Origin: an uncultured Candidatus Peribacteria bacterium
GTDB lineage: Bacteria; Patescibacteriota; Gracilibacteria; Peribacterales; Peribacteraceae
Direction of reading: 5' to 3'
DNA length: 64,000 nt
Assembly: GCA_964466635.1 (NCBI GenBank)
Contig: CAYXNG010000001.1
Coordinates: 42,958-106,957 of the forward strand
Shown here: piece by piece, positions 10,012 to 17,428 of the stretch
How the letters are laid out: each line of letters starts with the position of its first letter
Numbering within the stretch: position 1 is the first letter of the stretch
Translations under genes and position numbers: made by a program
Notes under the pieces: generated by a model
Database searches by the model: none
What the model was told of the DNA's origin: nothing
The model's input: only the letters and a program-made list of their open reading frames with translations

Positions 10012-10227
10012 GTGCCTTTAACAGCAGCACAGAAATTGGCAAAACGAATAAAAGAACTGCGAATTGAGCGTGGATGGACGCAGGAAGAGGCTGCCAAGAA
10101 ATGTGGCATTAAATACAAGTATTACCAAGAACATGAAAGCAGCACTCCTAGAGACATGCGGTTGAGCACAATGGAAAGGGTCTCCAAAGCGTTTGGGGTA
10201 TCCATATCGGAGCTTACGGATTTTTAG
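10012..10227 (+). CDS. XRE-family helix-turn-helix transcriptional regulator
   Basis: 71 aa. The segments LAKRIKELRIERGWTQEEAAKKCGI ... VSKAFGVSISEL form a classic HTH_3 pattern. Confidence 0.8.
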   Translation: MPLTAAQKLAKRIKELRIERGWTQEEAAKKCGIKYKYYQEHESSTPRDMRLSTMERVSKAFGVSISELTDF

Positions 10228-10267
10228 ATTTTTCTCTGCAATCTAAAACGCCGACTCTTAGCTGTTC

Positions 10268-10759
10268 TCATGTCTTCGGTAATGTTTCCTCTAGCATTTT
10301 TTCCGCAAGTTTTTGCGCCCATCGTTGTACCCGTTCTTCTTGGCCATAGGGCTCATTGACGATGATGAGCGGCGGCACAAAGAGCATGCCATTATGCTCC
10401 CGTATATATCGCAATAGATGCTCCGTACAGCGTGTGCGGAAATAGTAGCGGTCATCGCCTAAGCTGATGCATGTCATAGGCTTCTTCATGAAATCCACTG
10501 TTGATGCTTTTTGGTGTACAAGATCGTGCATATACATATTCAACTGTCCTTCGATACCTCCCGTGTTCCATGTACCTGATCCGAGAATTACCACATCCCC
10601 GCGCAGCAGATCTTCTGCCGTTGCCTGTTCTGCACGTTGCCTCTCGAAAGAGAGTGTAGGCACATGTTCTTTCATGTACTGTTCCACCGTATCCACTACA
10701 TACTCTGTGTGGCCACTGGTCGAGGCATAGATGATGTGAAGGGATGATAGATTGCTCAT
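10268..10759 (-). CDS. flavodoxin-like protein
   Basis: 163 aa with FMN-binding N-terminal motif IIYASTSGHTE and flavodoxin-like alternation (VILGSGTWN). Its start overlaps the DsbB stop as ATGA. Confidence 0.7.
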   Translation of the reverse strand: MSNLSSLHIIYASTSGHTEYVVDTVEQYMKEHVPTLSFERQRAEQATAEDLLRGDVVILGSGTWNTGGIEGQLNMYMHDLVHQKASTVDFMKKPMTCISLGDDRYYFRTRCTEHLLRYIREHNGMLFVPPLIIVNEPYGQEERVQRWAQKLAEKMLEETLPKT

Positions 10760-11322
10760 TGCACCAGGTTATTCTTTGATCGGATGATGGCCAGAGATCC
10801 GAGGATGTTTAACAGAAATACCGTCCACGCCATCATGGGGATGGTAATATAGCCGAAATGGAAGAAAGGCGTTGAGCGGCAAGATGTACCCGATGTGTCA
10901 CAAGGAACATTAGGATCAATCTCTGTGGGAAAGAGTGCGGCAGATACCTGTTCGCCATAGTGCAAAGTCGCAATCAACAGCCCAATAATAGAAAGTACGA
11001 GAATATATGGGGCAATACCCTTATCTTTCTTCCATAATGCGAGTGCCAGCAGAACAACCTGCGGATACATGAAAATGCGCTGGAACCAACACAGTCTGCA
11101 TGGCGTCCATCCTGCGACTTCGGAGAAATACAAACTCCCCACGGTAGCGATGGATGCAGTGATGAGCATGAGCGTCATGCCATGCTTTGATACCCACTGG
11201 AGAAGACTGCTAGAGGACAGGACAGACCTACGCATGAGCATCACGGCAAGCACCATAGCGATTGCCTGCCCAATGACAGTGAGGGCTGATAATGCGCTGA
11301 CGATGGTTTGTGTATATTCCAT
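10756..11322 (-). CDS. disulfide bond formation protein B (DsbB/BdbC family)
   Basis: 188 aa with 4 TM helices, a CRLCWFQR motif in the first periplasmic loop and a second Cys pair (CDTSGTSC). Confidence 0.75.
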   Translation of the reverse strand: MEYTQTIVSALSALTVIGQAIAMVLAVMLMRRSVLSSSSLLQWVSKHGMTLMLITASIATVGSLYFSEVAGWTPCRLCWFQRIFMYPQVVLLALALWKKDKGIAPYILVLSIIGLLIATLHYGEQVSAALFPTEIDPNVPCDTSGTSCRSTPFFHFGYITIPMMAWTVFLLNILGSLAIIRSKNNLVQ

Positions 11323-11355
11323 AATGGCGAAAGGGTAAGTGGATGATAGTGGTTT

Positions 11356-11898
11356 TTACTTGGGCGGCTCTTGCTGGGAAAAATGCTCATAGGACACCAT
11401 TGATTCGAGCGGACGCCTATCTTGATCTCCATGCGGTCTTACAGGACCCTTGGGGTAGCCTAAGGCAAGGCTGCCAAGAATTTTATGGTGGTCGGGAATG
11501 GAGAGCATTGTTCTTGTGGCCGCATCATCCAATGTCACCCAGCAACCGCCCAACTCAAGGCTGGTTGCAGCGATCCACATGTTTTGCATGGCGCATGCTG
11601 CACTAAGAATGTGCTGCTCATGCTCCGACAGCCACGCATCCACTTTCGCCTCTTTGGTTACGGTAACGACAATCACTACGTTCGCACGAGACAGGAATTG
11701 CCCATGACGTGCGTGTTCCATTAATTTCCCAATAGTCTCTGCGTTGCGTATCACCGTAAAATGCCATGGTTGCGAATTCAAGGGGCTTGGTGAGAATCTG
11801 CCTGCTTCCAGTATCTGATTAAGAATATCCTGCGGAACCTCCTGATCGGTCCAATTGCGGACAGCTCGCCGTGTGAGAATCGTGGTAAGTACGTCCAT
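11356..11898 (-). CDS. nitroreductase family protein
   Basis: The segment ILTRRAVRNWTDQEVPQDILNQILEAGRFSPSPLNSQPWHF is a typical nitroreductase N-terminus. Confidence 0.8.
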   Translation of the reverse strand: MDVLTTILTRRAVRNWTDQEVPQDILNQILEAGRFSPSPLNSQPWHFTVIRNAETIGKLMEHARHGQFLSRANVVIVVTVTKEAKVDAWLSEHEQHILSAACAMQNMWIAATSLELGGCWVTLDDAATRTMLSIPDHHKILGSLALGYPKGPVRPHGDQDRRPLESMVSYEHFSQQEPPK

Positions 11899-11967
11899 AT
11901 GCTTGGATTATATTATTCCCTTGTAGCATTACCAGTTCCGAATAAGCTCCAGTATCCCGCTCCATAA

Positions 11968-12270
11968 TCACTTCAGCATCTGTCGTATCCGTTCCTCACT
12001 CGGTTTCACAAACGGATTACACCGCAGAATCCGCCACACACTTAACGGCACCCCAACTATCACACCCCGCTTACTGATCACGTCTTTTGCATACGCTGAG
12101 CAGGTAGGGGAATGGCGGCAGTAGCCGTAGGGATGCAGGTGCTTTAGCGGTCCGTGGTCCGGCGACAGCGTGTGTTGATAGCCGGTGATTAACCACACAA
12201 GTACATTGCGGGGCAGATGGACAATGTGGCTTGCCATGAGCGAAGCCGAATGGTGCAAGAGATTGCGCAT
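11968..12270 (-). CDS. yidD: membrane protein insertion efficiency factor YidD
   Basis: The motif YQHTLSPDHGPLKHLHPYGYCRHSPTCSAYA is the YidD signature. The start is trimmed to an internal ATG (12270; 12237 is also possible). Confidence 0.75.
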   Translation of the reverse strand: MRNLLHHSASLMASHIVHLPRNVLVWLITGYQHTLSPDHGPLKHLHPYGYCRHSPTCSAYAKDVISKRGVIVGVPLSVWRILRCNPFVKPSEERIRQMLK

Positions 12271-12325
12271 AGAAACATCCTCCGTAGACTGAGAGCAGTA
12301 TACGCTTTCTATCCACCTTGTTTCT

Positions 12326-12568
12326 ATGAGCTGGTCACCCGAAGACATCATGATGGGACTCTACATCGCCGTTGCGGTGATGCTCCTGATTGTCCTGTAT
12401 CACGTCATCTTCATTGTTGTTGATGCGCGGAAGATCGCTCGCAGAATCGAGAGCCTGACGGAGGAAGTGGAAACCGTCGTCATGAAGCCACTGTCCATGG
12501 CCGATCAACTGCTGCAGTGGATGGTTGAGTTTGTGCAGGAGAAGACGGAGAAGCGGGATAAGAAATAA
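12326..12568 (+). CDS. small membrane-anchored coiled-coil protein (DUF948-like)
   Basis: 80 aa with one N-terminal TM helix followed by a charged helix. I preferred it over the antisense ORF 12335..12610 on composition. Confidence 0.4.
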   Translation: MSWSPEDIMMGLYIAVAVMLLIVLYHVIFIVVDARKIARRIESLTEEVETVVMKPLSMADQLLQWMVEFVQEKTEKRDKK

Positions 12569-12677
12569 GGACACAAGGATGCAGTCTCCAAGGATACAAA
12601 GAAGAACCAATGCACAAAATTACAACATTGGATTTTGAATATTCTTTGGACGACTTGTTTTTTGTATCCTTGCGTCC

Positions 12678-13187
12678 TTATAAGACCGTCTGCTTATCGA
12701 CAAACACCCGAATGAACAACCGCTTCAGTACTTCCACCGAGCTGCTGAACAGCTCACCCAGCAGAGCGTTGAGATGGTGGATGCGGGTGTAGAGTTGATT
12801 GAGCTTATATGCTCCTCCCGGCTGATTAATACGCGCGATGGTCTTTGCCTGTTTGCGGAGTGTTTTGATTTCCGCCTTGATGTGTTCTTCCAGTTGCTTC
12901 TGCATCAACTTCGGAGCGGGCAGATTGGCAATCGCTTGGTCCCGGACAGACATCGATTGACCGCTTTGACTGCCGGTAGTTTGCGGGGTTGCGCCCGCCG
13001 TGCCAGTACTCCACTGTTCCCCCGGACCGCCGCCCGAGCTCTCGCTGATGCGATTGATGTCTTCCAGAAAAGAGCCCAGCTGGTTACCGAGGTGGCTGTC
13101 TACTTTGACCGGTTGAGAGACGACAGCAGAAGGGGCTTCTGCAGGCTTAAGGCCGGTCTGCCGTTCCGGGGAGGAGGGGAGGGCCAT
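12678..13187 (-). CDS. hypothetical protein
   Basis: 169 aa with a low-complexity N-half and a helical C-half. No family recognised. Confidence 0.4.
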   Translation of the reverse strand: MALPSSPERQTGLKPAEAPSAVVSQPVKVDSHLGNQLGSFLEDINRISESSGGGPGEQWSTGTAGATPQTTGSQSGQSMSVRDQAIANLPAPKLMQKQLEEHIKAEIKTLRKQAKTIARINQPGGAYKLNQLYTRIHHLNALLGELFSSSVEVLKRLFIRVFVDKQTVL

Positions 13188-13292
13188 TACTCTCCATTAT
13201 CCCTTATTTTGGCCTAAAATTCAATCCTTCGTGGTATTTTTCATCTCTGTAAAAGCTCGCTTGGGGCAGGTATATACGTCTAGAATAGCTAT

Positions 13293-13619
13293 ATGGAAAC
13301 TACTATTTTTCATCGTATTTTGAACGGCGAATTACCCGCCGATGTCGTCTACGAAGACGATGACGTTCTCGCGTTCAAGGACATCAATCCCAAAGCACCG
13401 ACGCACATTCTGTTCGTTCCCAAGCGCTTCGTCGCATCAATCATTGATGTCACAGAAGATACTGCCGATATCCCGGGCATGCTGATTCTCAAAGCGAAAG
13501 AGTTCGCTGCAAACAACGATCTTGATGGCTACAAGCTGGTCTATCACGTCGGAAAAGCAGGAGGGCAGGAAGTGTTTTACCTGCATCTGCATTTGCTGAG
13601 TCAGAAGACGCTGGTGTAG
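13293..13619 (+). CDS. HIT-family (histidine triad) protein
   Basis: The N-terminus IFHRILNGELPADVVYEDDDVLAFKDINPKAPTH and the HLHLHLL triad are both present. Confidence 0.85.
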   Translation: METTIFHRILNGELPADVVYEDDDVLAFKDINPKAPTHILFVPKRFVASIIDVTEDTADIPGMLILKAKEFAANNDLDGYKLVYHVGKAGGQEVFYLHLHLLSQKTLV

Positions 13620-13691
13620 CTGATAGCTGTTAGTTTTTAGCTTTTAGAAAACCATTGATTAGCCCTAAAAGCTATCAGCTAACAGCTATAA
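13618..13691. repeat. inverted pair of AGCT-heptamer arrays, (AGCTNNN)n
   Basis: Left arm agctgat agctgtt ag...agctttt ag; right arm ctaaaagct atcagct aacagct ataa. It sits between the convergent HIT and HAD genes and contains the HAD stop codon. Confidence 0.75.
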
Positions 13692-14336
13692 ACTCATCAA
13701 CACCTCCTCCGTCAGCAGATCATAATGCGTCACGCGCAGGTCTGCCTGTGACAGATCTTGTAATGCACTCATATCGGTTTCGATGGCGATGCACGTCATG
13801 CCTGCTGACTTTGCAGCGCGAATACCGTTGCTGGAATCTTCGAGCGCAATACACTCCGAAGGATTCACGCCAAGTTTTTCAGCTGCGAGCAGGTAGACAT
13901 CGGGGTGCGGCTTGGTGCGATCGCCGACATCGTCTGCTGAGCAGATGACGGGGAAGTGGTGGAACAGGTTTTTCTCTTTCAGAACGCCGTGAATCCAGTC
14001 GCGTCCGCCCGAGGATGCGATGCCTTTTTTGAATCCCAGTGTCTCAACGCGCTCAATCAACTCGTGCAGTCCCGGCATGGTATGCAGATCTTTGATATAA
14101 AAATCATCGACGAGGGCATTCAGTCCTCGTTCGTATTCCTCGAATGGCATGGTTAGCCCATATTCTCTCACCAGTAAATCGTAGCCCGCACGGAATCCAA
14201 GCCCCATCATTTTTGCACCATCGGCAATGGTCCAGCCGGGGACAATCGACGGATAAAAGATACGGTCGCCTTTATCGCGCCACTGCCGTTCGCTATCCAC
14301 AATCACGCCGTCGAAGTCGAAGATGAAAGCCTTCAT
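13686..14336 (-). CDS. HAD-superfamily hydrolase (beta-phosphoglucomutase-like subfamily IA)
   Basis: Motif I is FIFDFDGVIVDSE and there is a C-terminal EDSSNGIRAAKSAGM motif. Confidence 0.8.
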   Translation of the reverse strand: MKAFIFDFDGVIVDSERQWRDKGDRIFYPSIVPGWTIADGAKMMGLGFRAGYDLLVREYGLTMPFEEYERGLNALVDDFYIKDLHTMPGLHELIERVETLGFKKGIASSGGRDWIHGVLKEKNLFHHFPVICSADDVGDRTKPHPDVYLLAAEKLGVNPSECIALEDSSNGIRAAKSAGMTCIAIETDMSALQDLSQADLRVTHYDLLTEEVLMSL

Positions 14337-14408
14337 GAAAGAAATTAAAGCAATCGAGGAAATCGAGGATAGCAGATTCCATCCTCGATTTCTTTGATTA
14401 CCTTTGCC

Positions 14409-15767
14409 TTACGCAGTATATCCCGCCTCCTCAGCTTCAGCCTCGGTGGCAAAGTACACCCGCTTGTCGGCCTTGATTTTCTTGCCTGCCGCAGTATCGA
14501 TTGCGTAGAACTTCTTGCCGTCCTTGGAGGCGACGAAGTTCATGCCTTCAGGAACCTCGACTGCCTCGTCGGCATCATCGGACTCTCCGGCTTCTTTTTT
14601 CTTTGCCTCTTCCTCCTCCTGTTCCTTCTTGATGCGTTCAAGTGTCTCTTTGTCGATCGGCTGGAGGGCCTTGATCGACAGACCGATGCGACGCTCGTCG
14701 ATATCGATGTTGATCACCTGGGCCTCGATCTTCTGGCCGATGGTCAGCACTTCGGACGGATCGTTCACCTTGTGGTGTGCGATTTCGGACAGGTGGACCA
14801 GTCCGTTGATGTCTTTCTCCAGGCGGAGGAATGCGCCGTAGTCTGCAAAGCGGACGACGGTTCCGGAGACTTTCTTGCCCAGCGGATAGCGCTCGGCAAC
14901 TTCTTCCCACGGATCCTGCGTCAGCTGCTTGATGGACAGGGACAGCTTGTCGCCGTCGACGCCGATCACTTTGACGGTGACGCGGTCGCCGAGCTCGGCG
15001 TATTCCGACGGATTCTTGACGTGACCCCATGCGATTTCCGAGATGTGTACCAGTCCTTCCAAGCCGTCGAAGGTGACGAACAAACCGAACTTCACCAAGC
15101 CCGAGACGACGCCTTCCTTCACGTCGCCGATCTTCAGTCCTTCGAGTGCCTTTGCGCGTTCCTCGGCCATCGCATCGCGCTCCGATACCACGATCTTGCC
15201 CGCCTCTTCATCCATTGTGACGATCTTCACCGTGAAGGTGTGACCGACGAACTTCGACAGACGCGTGATGATCTCGGTCGACTCGGCGTTGTTGACGCGC
15301 GGATAGTTGACCGGAGCCAGCTGGCTGACCGGGAGGAAGGCGCGGATACCGTCGATGTTGGCGATGAGTCCGCCCTTATTGGCTTCCTGAGCAGTGAACT
15401 TCATTGTCTTGTCGCCCTCGACCAGCTTGTGGAAGCGATCCCAGGCCTTCTTCTGGCTGGCCATGCGGAGGCTCAGCACAACGAGACCTTCGTCATTTTC
15501 GTCTTCCAGCACCAGAGCCGATACCTCGTCGCCGGGGTTGAGCTCCTTGAAGGTGTTGAAGGAATCGCGCAGCTCGCGTCCGGAAATGATGCCGGTAGCG
15601 ACACCGCGGATATCGAGCAGAAGCTTATTTTTTCCTTTAAAGACGACGATGCCGTCAATCAATTCGCCCGGCTTGGAGCGGAAGATTTCTGGGGATTTCT
15701 TGATCAGCTCGTCCATCAAGGCATTCGAGCTCGCCTTTTTTCCTTTCTGTGCGGTTTTTGCAGACAT
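14409..15767 (-). CDS. rpsA: 30S ribosomal protein S1
   Basis: 452 aa with repeated S1 OB-fold domains (GxVxG..V....G.FV pattern about 5 times), followed by an acidic linker and a short C-terminal extension. Confidence 0.85.
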   Translation of the reverse strand: MSAKTAQKGKKASSNALMDELIKKSPEIFRSKPGELIDGIVVFKGKNKLLLDIRGVATGIISGRELRDSFNTFKELNPGDEVSALVLEDENDEGLVVLSLRMASQKKAWDRFHKLVEGDKTMKFTAQEANKGGLIANIDGIRAFLPVSQLAPVNYPRVNNAESTEIITRLSKFVGHTFTVKIVTMDEEAGKIVVSERDAMAEERAKALEGLKIGDVKEGVVSGLVKFGLFVTFDGLEGLVHISEIAWGHVKNPSEYAELGDRVTVKVIGVDGDKLSLSIKQLTQDPWEEVAERYPLGKKVSGTVVRFADYGAFLRLEKDINGLVHLSEIAHHKVNDPSEVLTIGQKIEAQVINIDIDERRIGLSIKALQPIDKETLERIKKEQEEEEAKKKEAGESDDADEAVEVPEGMNFVASKDGKKFYAIDTAAGKKIKADKRVYFATEAEAEEAGYTA

Positions 15768-15879
15768 ACAAATATGTGGTGCAAGCGGGAGAAAATAAAA
15801 GTAGGGGGCGATAGCGTCCTTGCACGAGCAACGTCTATCGGGCGGGGAGTATGGCTAAGTGAAGAGGAATTGTCAAACC

Positions 15880-15950
15880 AGCTTTCAGCTTCTAGCTGTT
15901 AGCTTTTAGGCCTAAAACCCTCTTCTGACAGCTATAAGCTATCAGCTAAT
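15880..15950. repeat. inverted pair of AGCT-heptamer arrays
   Basis: Left arm agctttc agcttct agctgtt agctttt agg; right arm agctata agctatc agctaat; central palindrome ttttaggcctaaaa. Confidence 0.75.
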
Positions 15951-15953
15951 ACC

Positions 15954-16673
15954 TCACAAAGTTGTCGTCTCCAGATCCATCTTTTCCGCCTCTTTGGGCA
16001 GTTTCTGCACCTGCGACGTTTTCGGGTTGAAGATTTTGTACAGCAGGTCAATCAGATCGCGGGTGTTTAACCGGCGGGTATGCAGCCCGATATTCGCGAG
16101 TCCGGTACTGACGAGGTCGATTCGTTCCTGGAGTTCACGCGCACCCTGTCCGAATTCACGGTACCGCTGTCCCGCTTTGGCCGACGTGTCGTCCGGATGC
16201 AGCCAGTCGAAGAACTGCTCGACGACGGTCTTCTTGCGGGCCGAATGGTCGACCGGAATGACGATGTAGAATCGCTTCTGCATGATGTCGGCGACTTCCA
16301 GCAGCTTCTGCATGAACCCGACGTATGCGAGAGTCTGGTTCTTCAGCAACGTATTGCTGTGCTTCTCTCCGATTGCGCGGATCGATTCCAGGTAGTCGTC
16401 GATGTTCGTGCGGCTGGAACGGATCACGATCTGAACGGGAAAGTTCAATGTGTTCACGAACGCGCCGTAGCCGGCGATGATGCCCTGCTGTTCGGTCTCA
16501 CTCTTGAGGTTGAAGTTCATCGCCTCCACTTCCAGCACTGCGCGCAGTCCGCCGTTTTTCAGCAGCAGCGTGTCGTTGCGGATCTCCGCAACCGGGAGAA
16601 ACCGCTGTGTGGCGGCCGCGGTGCCCTTCTTCCTGCCGCGGACGGTGTCCGGTGCTTTCTGCTTGTCTGCCAT
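15954..16673 (-). CDS. VirB4 N-terminal-domain-like protein (no ATPase domain)
   Basis: 239 aa. The segment LPVAEIRNDTLLLKNGGLRAVLEVEAMNFNLKSETEQQGIIAGY..FPVQIVIRS resembles the N-domain of CD1110-type Gram-positive VirB4 ATPases. No Walker motifs are present. It lies directly downstream of the PrgI-like gene. Confidence 0.45.
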   Translation of the reverse strand: MADKQKAPDTVRGRKKGTAAATQRFLPVAEIRNDTLLLKNGGLRAVLEVEAMNFNLKSETEQQGIIAGYGAFVNTLNFPVQIVIRSSRTNIDDYLESIRAIGEKHSNTLLKNQTLAYVGFMQKLLEVADIMQKRFYIVIPVDHSARKKTVVEQFFDWLHPDDTSAKAGQRYREFGQGARELQERIDLVSTGLANIGLHTRRLNTRDLIDLLYKIFNPKTSQVQKLPKEAEKMDLETTTL

Positions 16674-16675
16674 GG

Positions 16676-17290
16676 TTAGGAATGAGGAGAGAGATCGCGG
16701 AACAGCGAGACGGTGCCGCTTGTCTGCATCGGCGTTGCGGTCACACGTGATTTGTTGACGGGGAGCTGTACGACGGAAACGGGTTCCGCCGCCGGGAGTT
16801 CTTCATCGATGTCTTCATCCATAGGAGAGAGCGGCTCCGGTGTGTCGACGGCATGCGCGCGCGGCGCACGATCGAGGATGGAGCTCAACTCATCAATTTG
16901 CGACGGTTCTTTTGCTGGCATACCGGTCGCATGTTTGAGGTCTTTCGTCTCGGGGCTGTTGATGCGGATATTAATGACGATTCCTCTGCGCGGTGACCAT
17001 GTCCGGACCGTCGGCTTGTTCAGCTTTTCCACGGTCAGCAGCAACAGTTTGAACATGCTGATGTCGTTGATGCGGACGAACGCGAATATTGCGGCAAGTG
17101 CGGTGGGGGACCACACGAGAATGGTCAGCGGCAGCGCGAGTGCACCGTACGCCTGGGTCAGCATGCCGTAGAGCACGTAACTGAAACCGCCGCCGATTCC
17201 GACAATCAGCACCTGTTTGAGCGTCAGAGGGCCGACTATGCGGTCCTCAATGTAGACGTTCTGCGGAATTTTGATGGGTTCGATCGGCAT
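16676..17290 (-). CDS. PrgI/VirB3-like T4SS membrane protein
   Basis: The N-terminus IPQNVYIEDRIVGPLTLKQVLIVGIGGGFSYVLYG, followed by 2 TM helices, matches the PrgI-family pattern. The tail is long and acidic. Confidence 0.5.
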   Translation of the reverse strand: MPIEPIKIPQNVYIEDRIVGPLTLKQVLIVGIGGGFSYVLYGMLTQAYGALALPLTILVWSPTALAAIFAFVRINDISMFKLLLLTVEKLNKPTVRTWSPRRGIVINIRINSPETKDLKHATGMPAKEPSQIDELSSILDRAPRAHAVDTPEPLSPMDEDIDEELPAAEPVSVVQLPVNKSRVTATPMQTSGTVSLFRDLSPHS

Positions 17291-17428
17291 GTGTGTGTTT
17301 ATTCAGGAATCTCTTTAGTATAGCAGAAAGAGGCCAAAAACGCCATATGCAGGCAACCGAAGAAACGGAAGAATCCGACGATTTGAGGGTATTTCCTCGG
17401 TTTCGTCGGATTCTTCGGAATCCTCTTT

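Larger units (their letters stand above)
5920..10260. mobile_element. small integrative element (serine recombinase + Rep_trans + XRE) abutting tRNA-Gly
   Basis: This block is visibly AT-richer than its flanks. It contains recombinase, replication initiator, two unknown genes and an XRE regulator. The left end overlaps the tRNA 3' end; the right end is approximate, lying before the flavodoxin stop at 10268. Confidence 0.6.

Noticed and set aside
10228-10267. Direct repeat of the tRNA-Gly 3' end (attR) at the right border of the integrative element
   Set aside because: I looked for a duplicate of ccccgttacccgctcca or of the adjacent bases and found none. Only a small hairpin (tagatt...aatcta) is present. 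The border therefore stays approximate.
14394-15902. 502-aa plus-strand ORF, the longest ORF in this stretch
   Set aside because: It lies exactly antisense to rpsA. Its translation is low-complexity (Leu/Asp/Val/Gly runs) with no motifs, while the minus strand encodes clear S1 domains. It is a shadow ORF.
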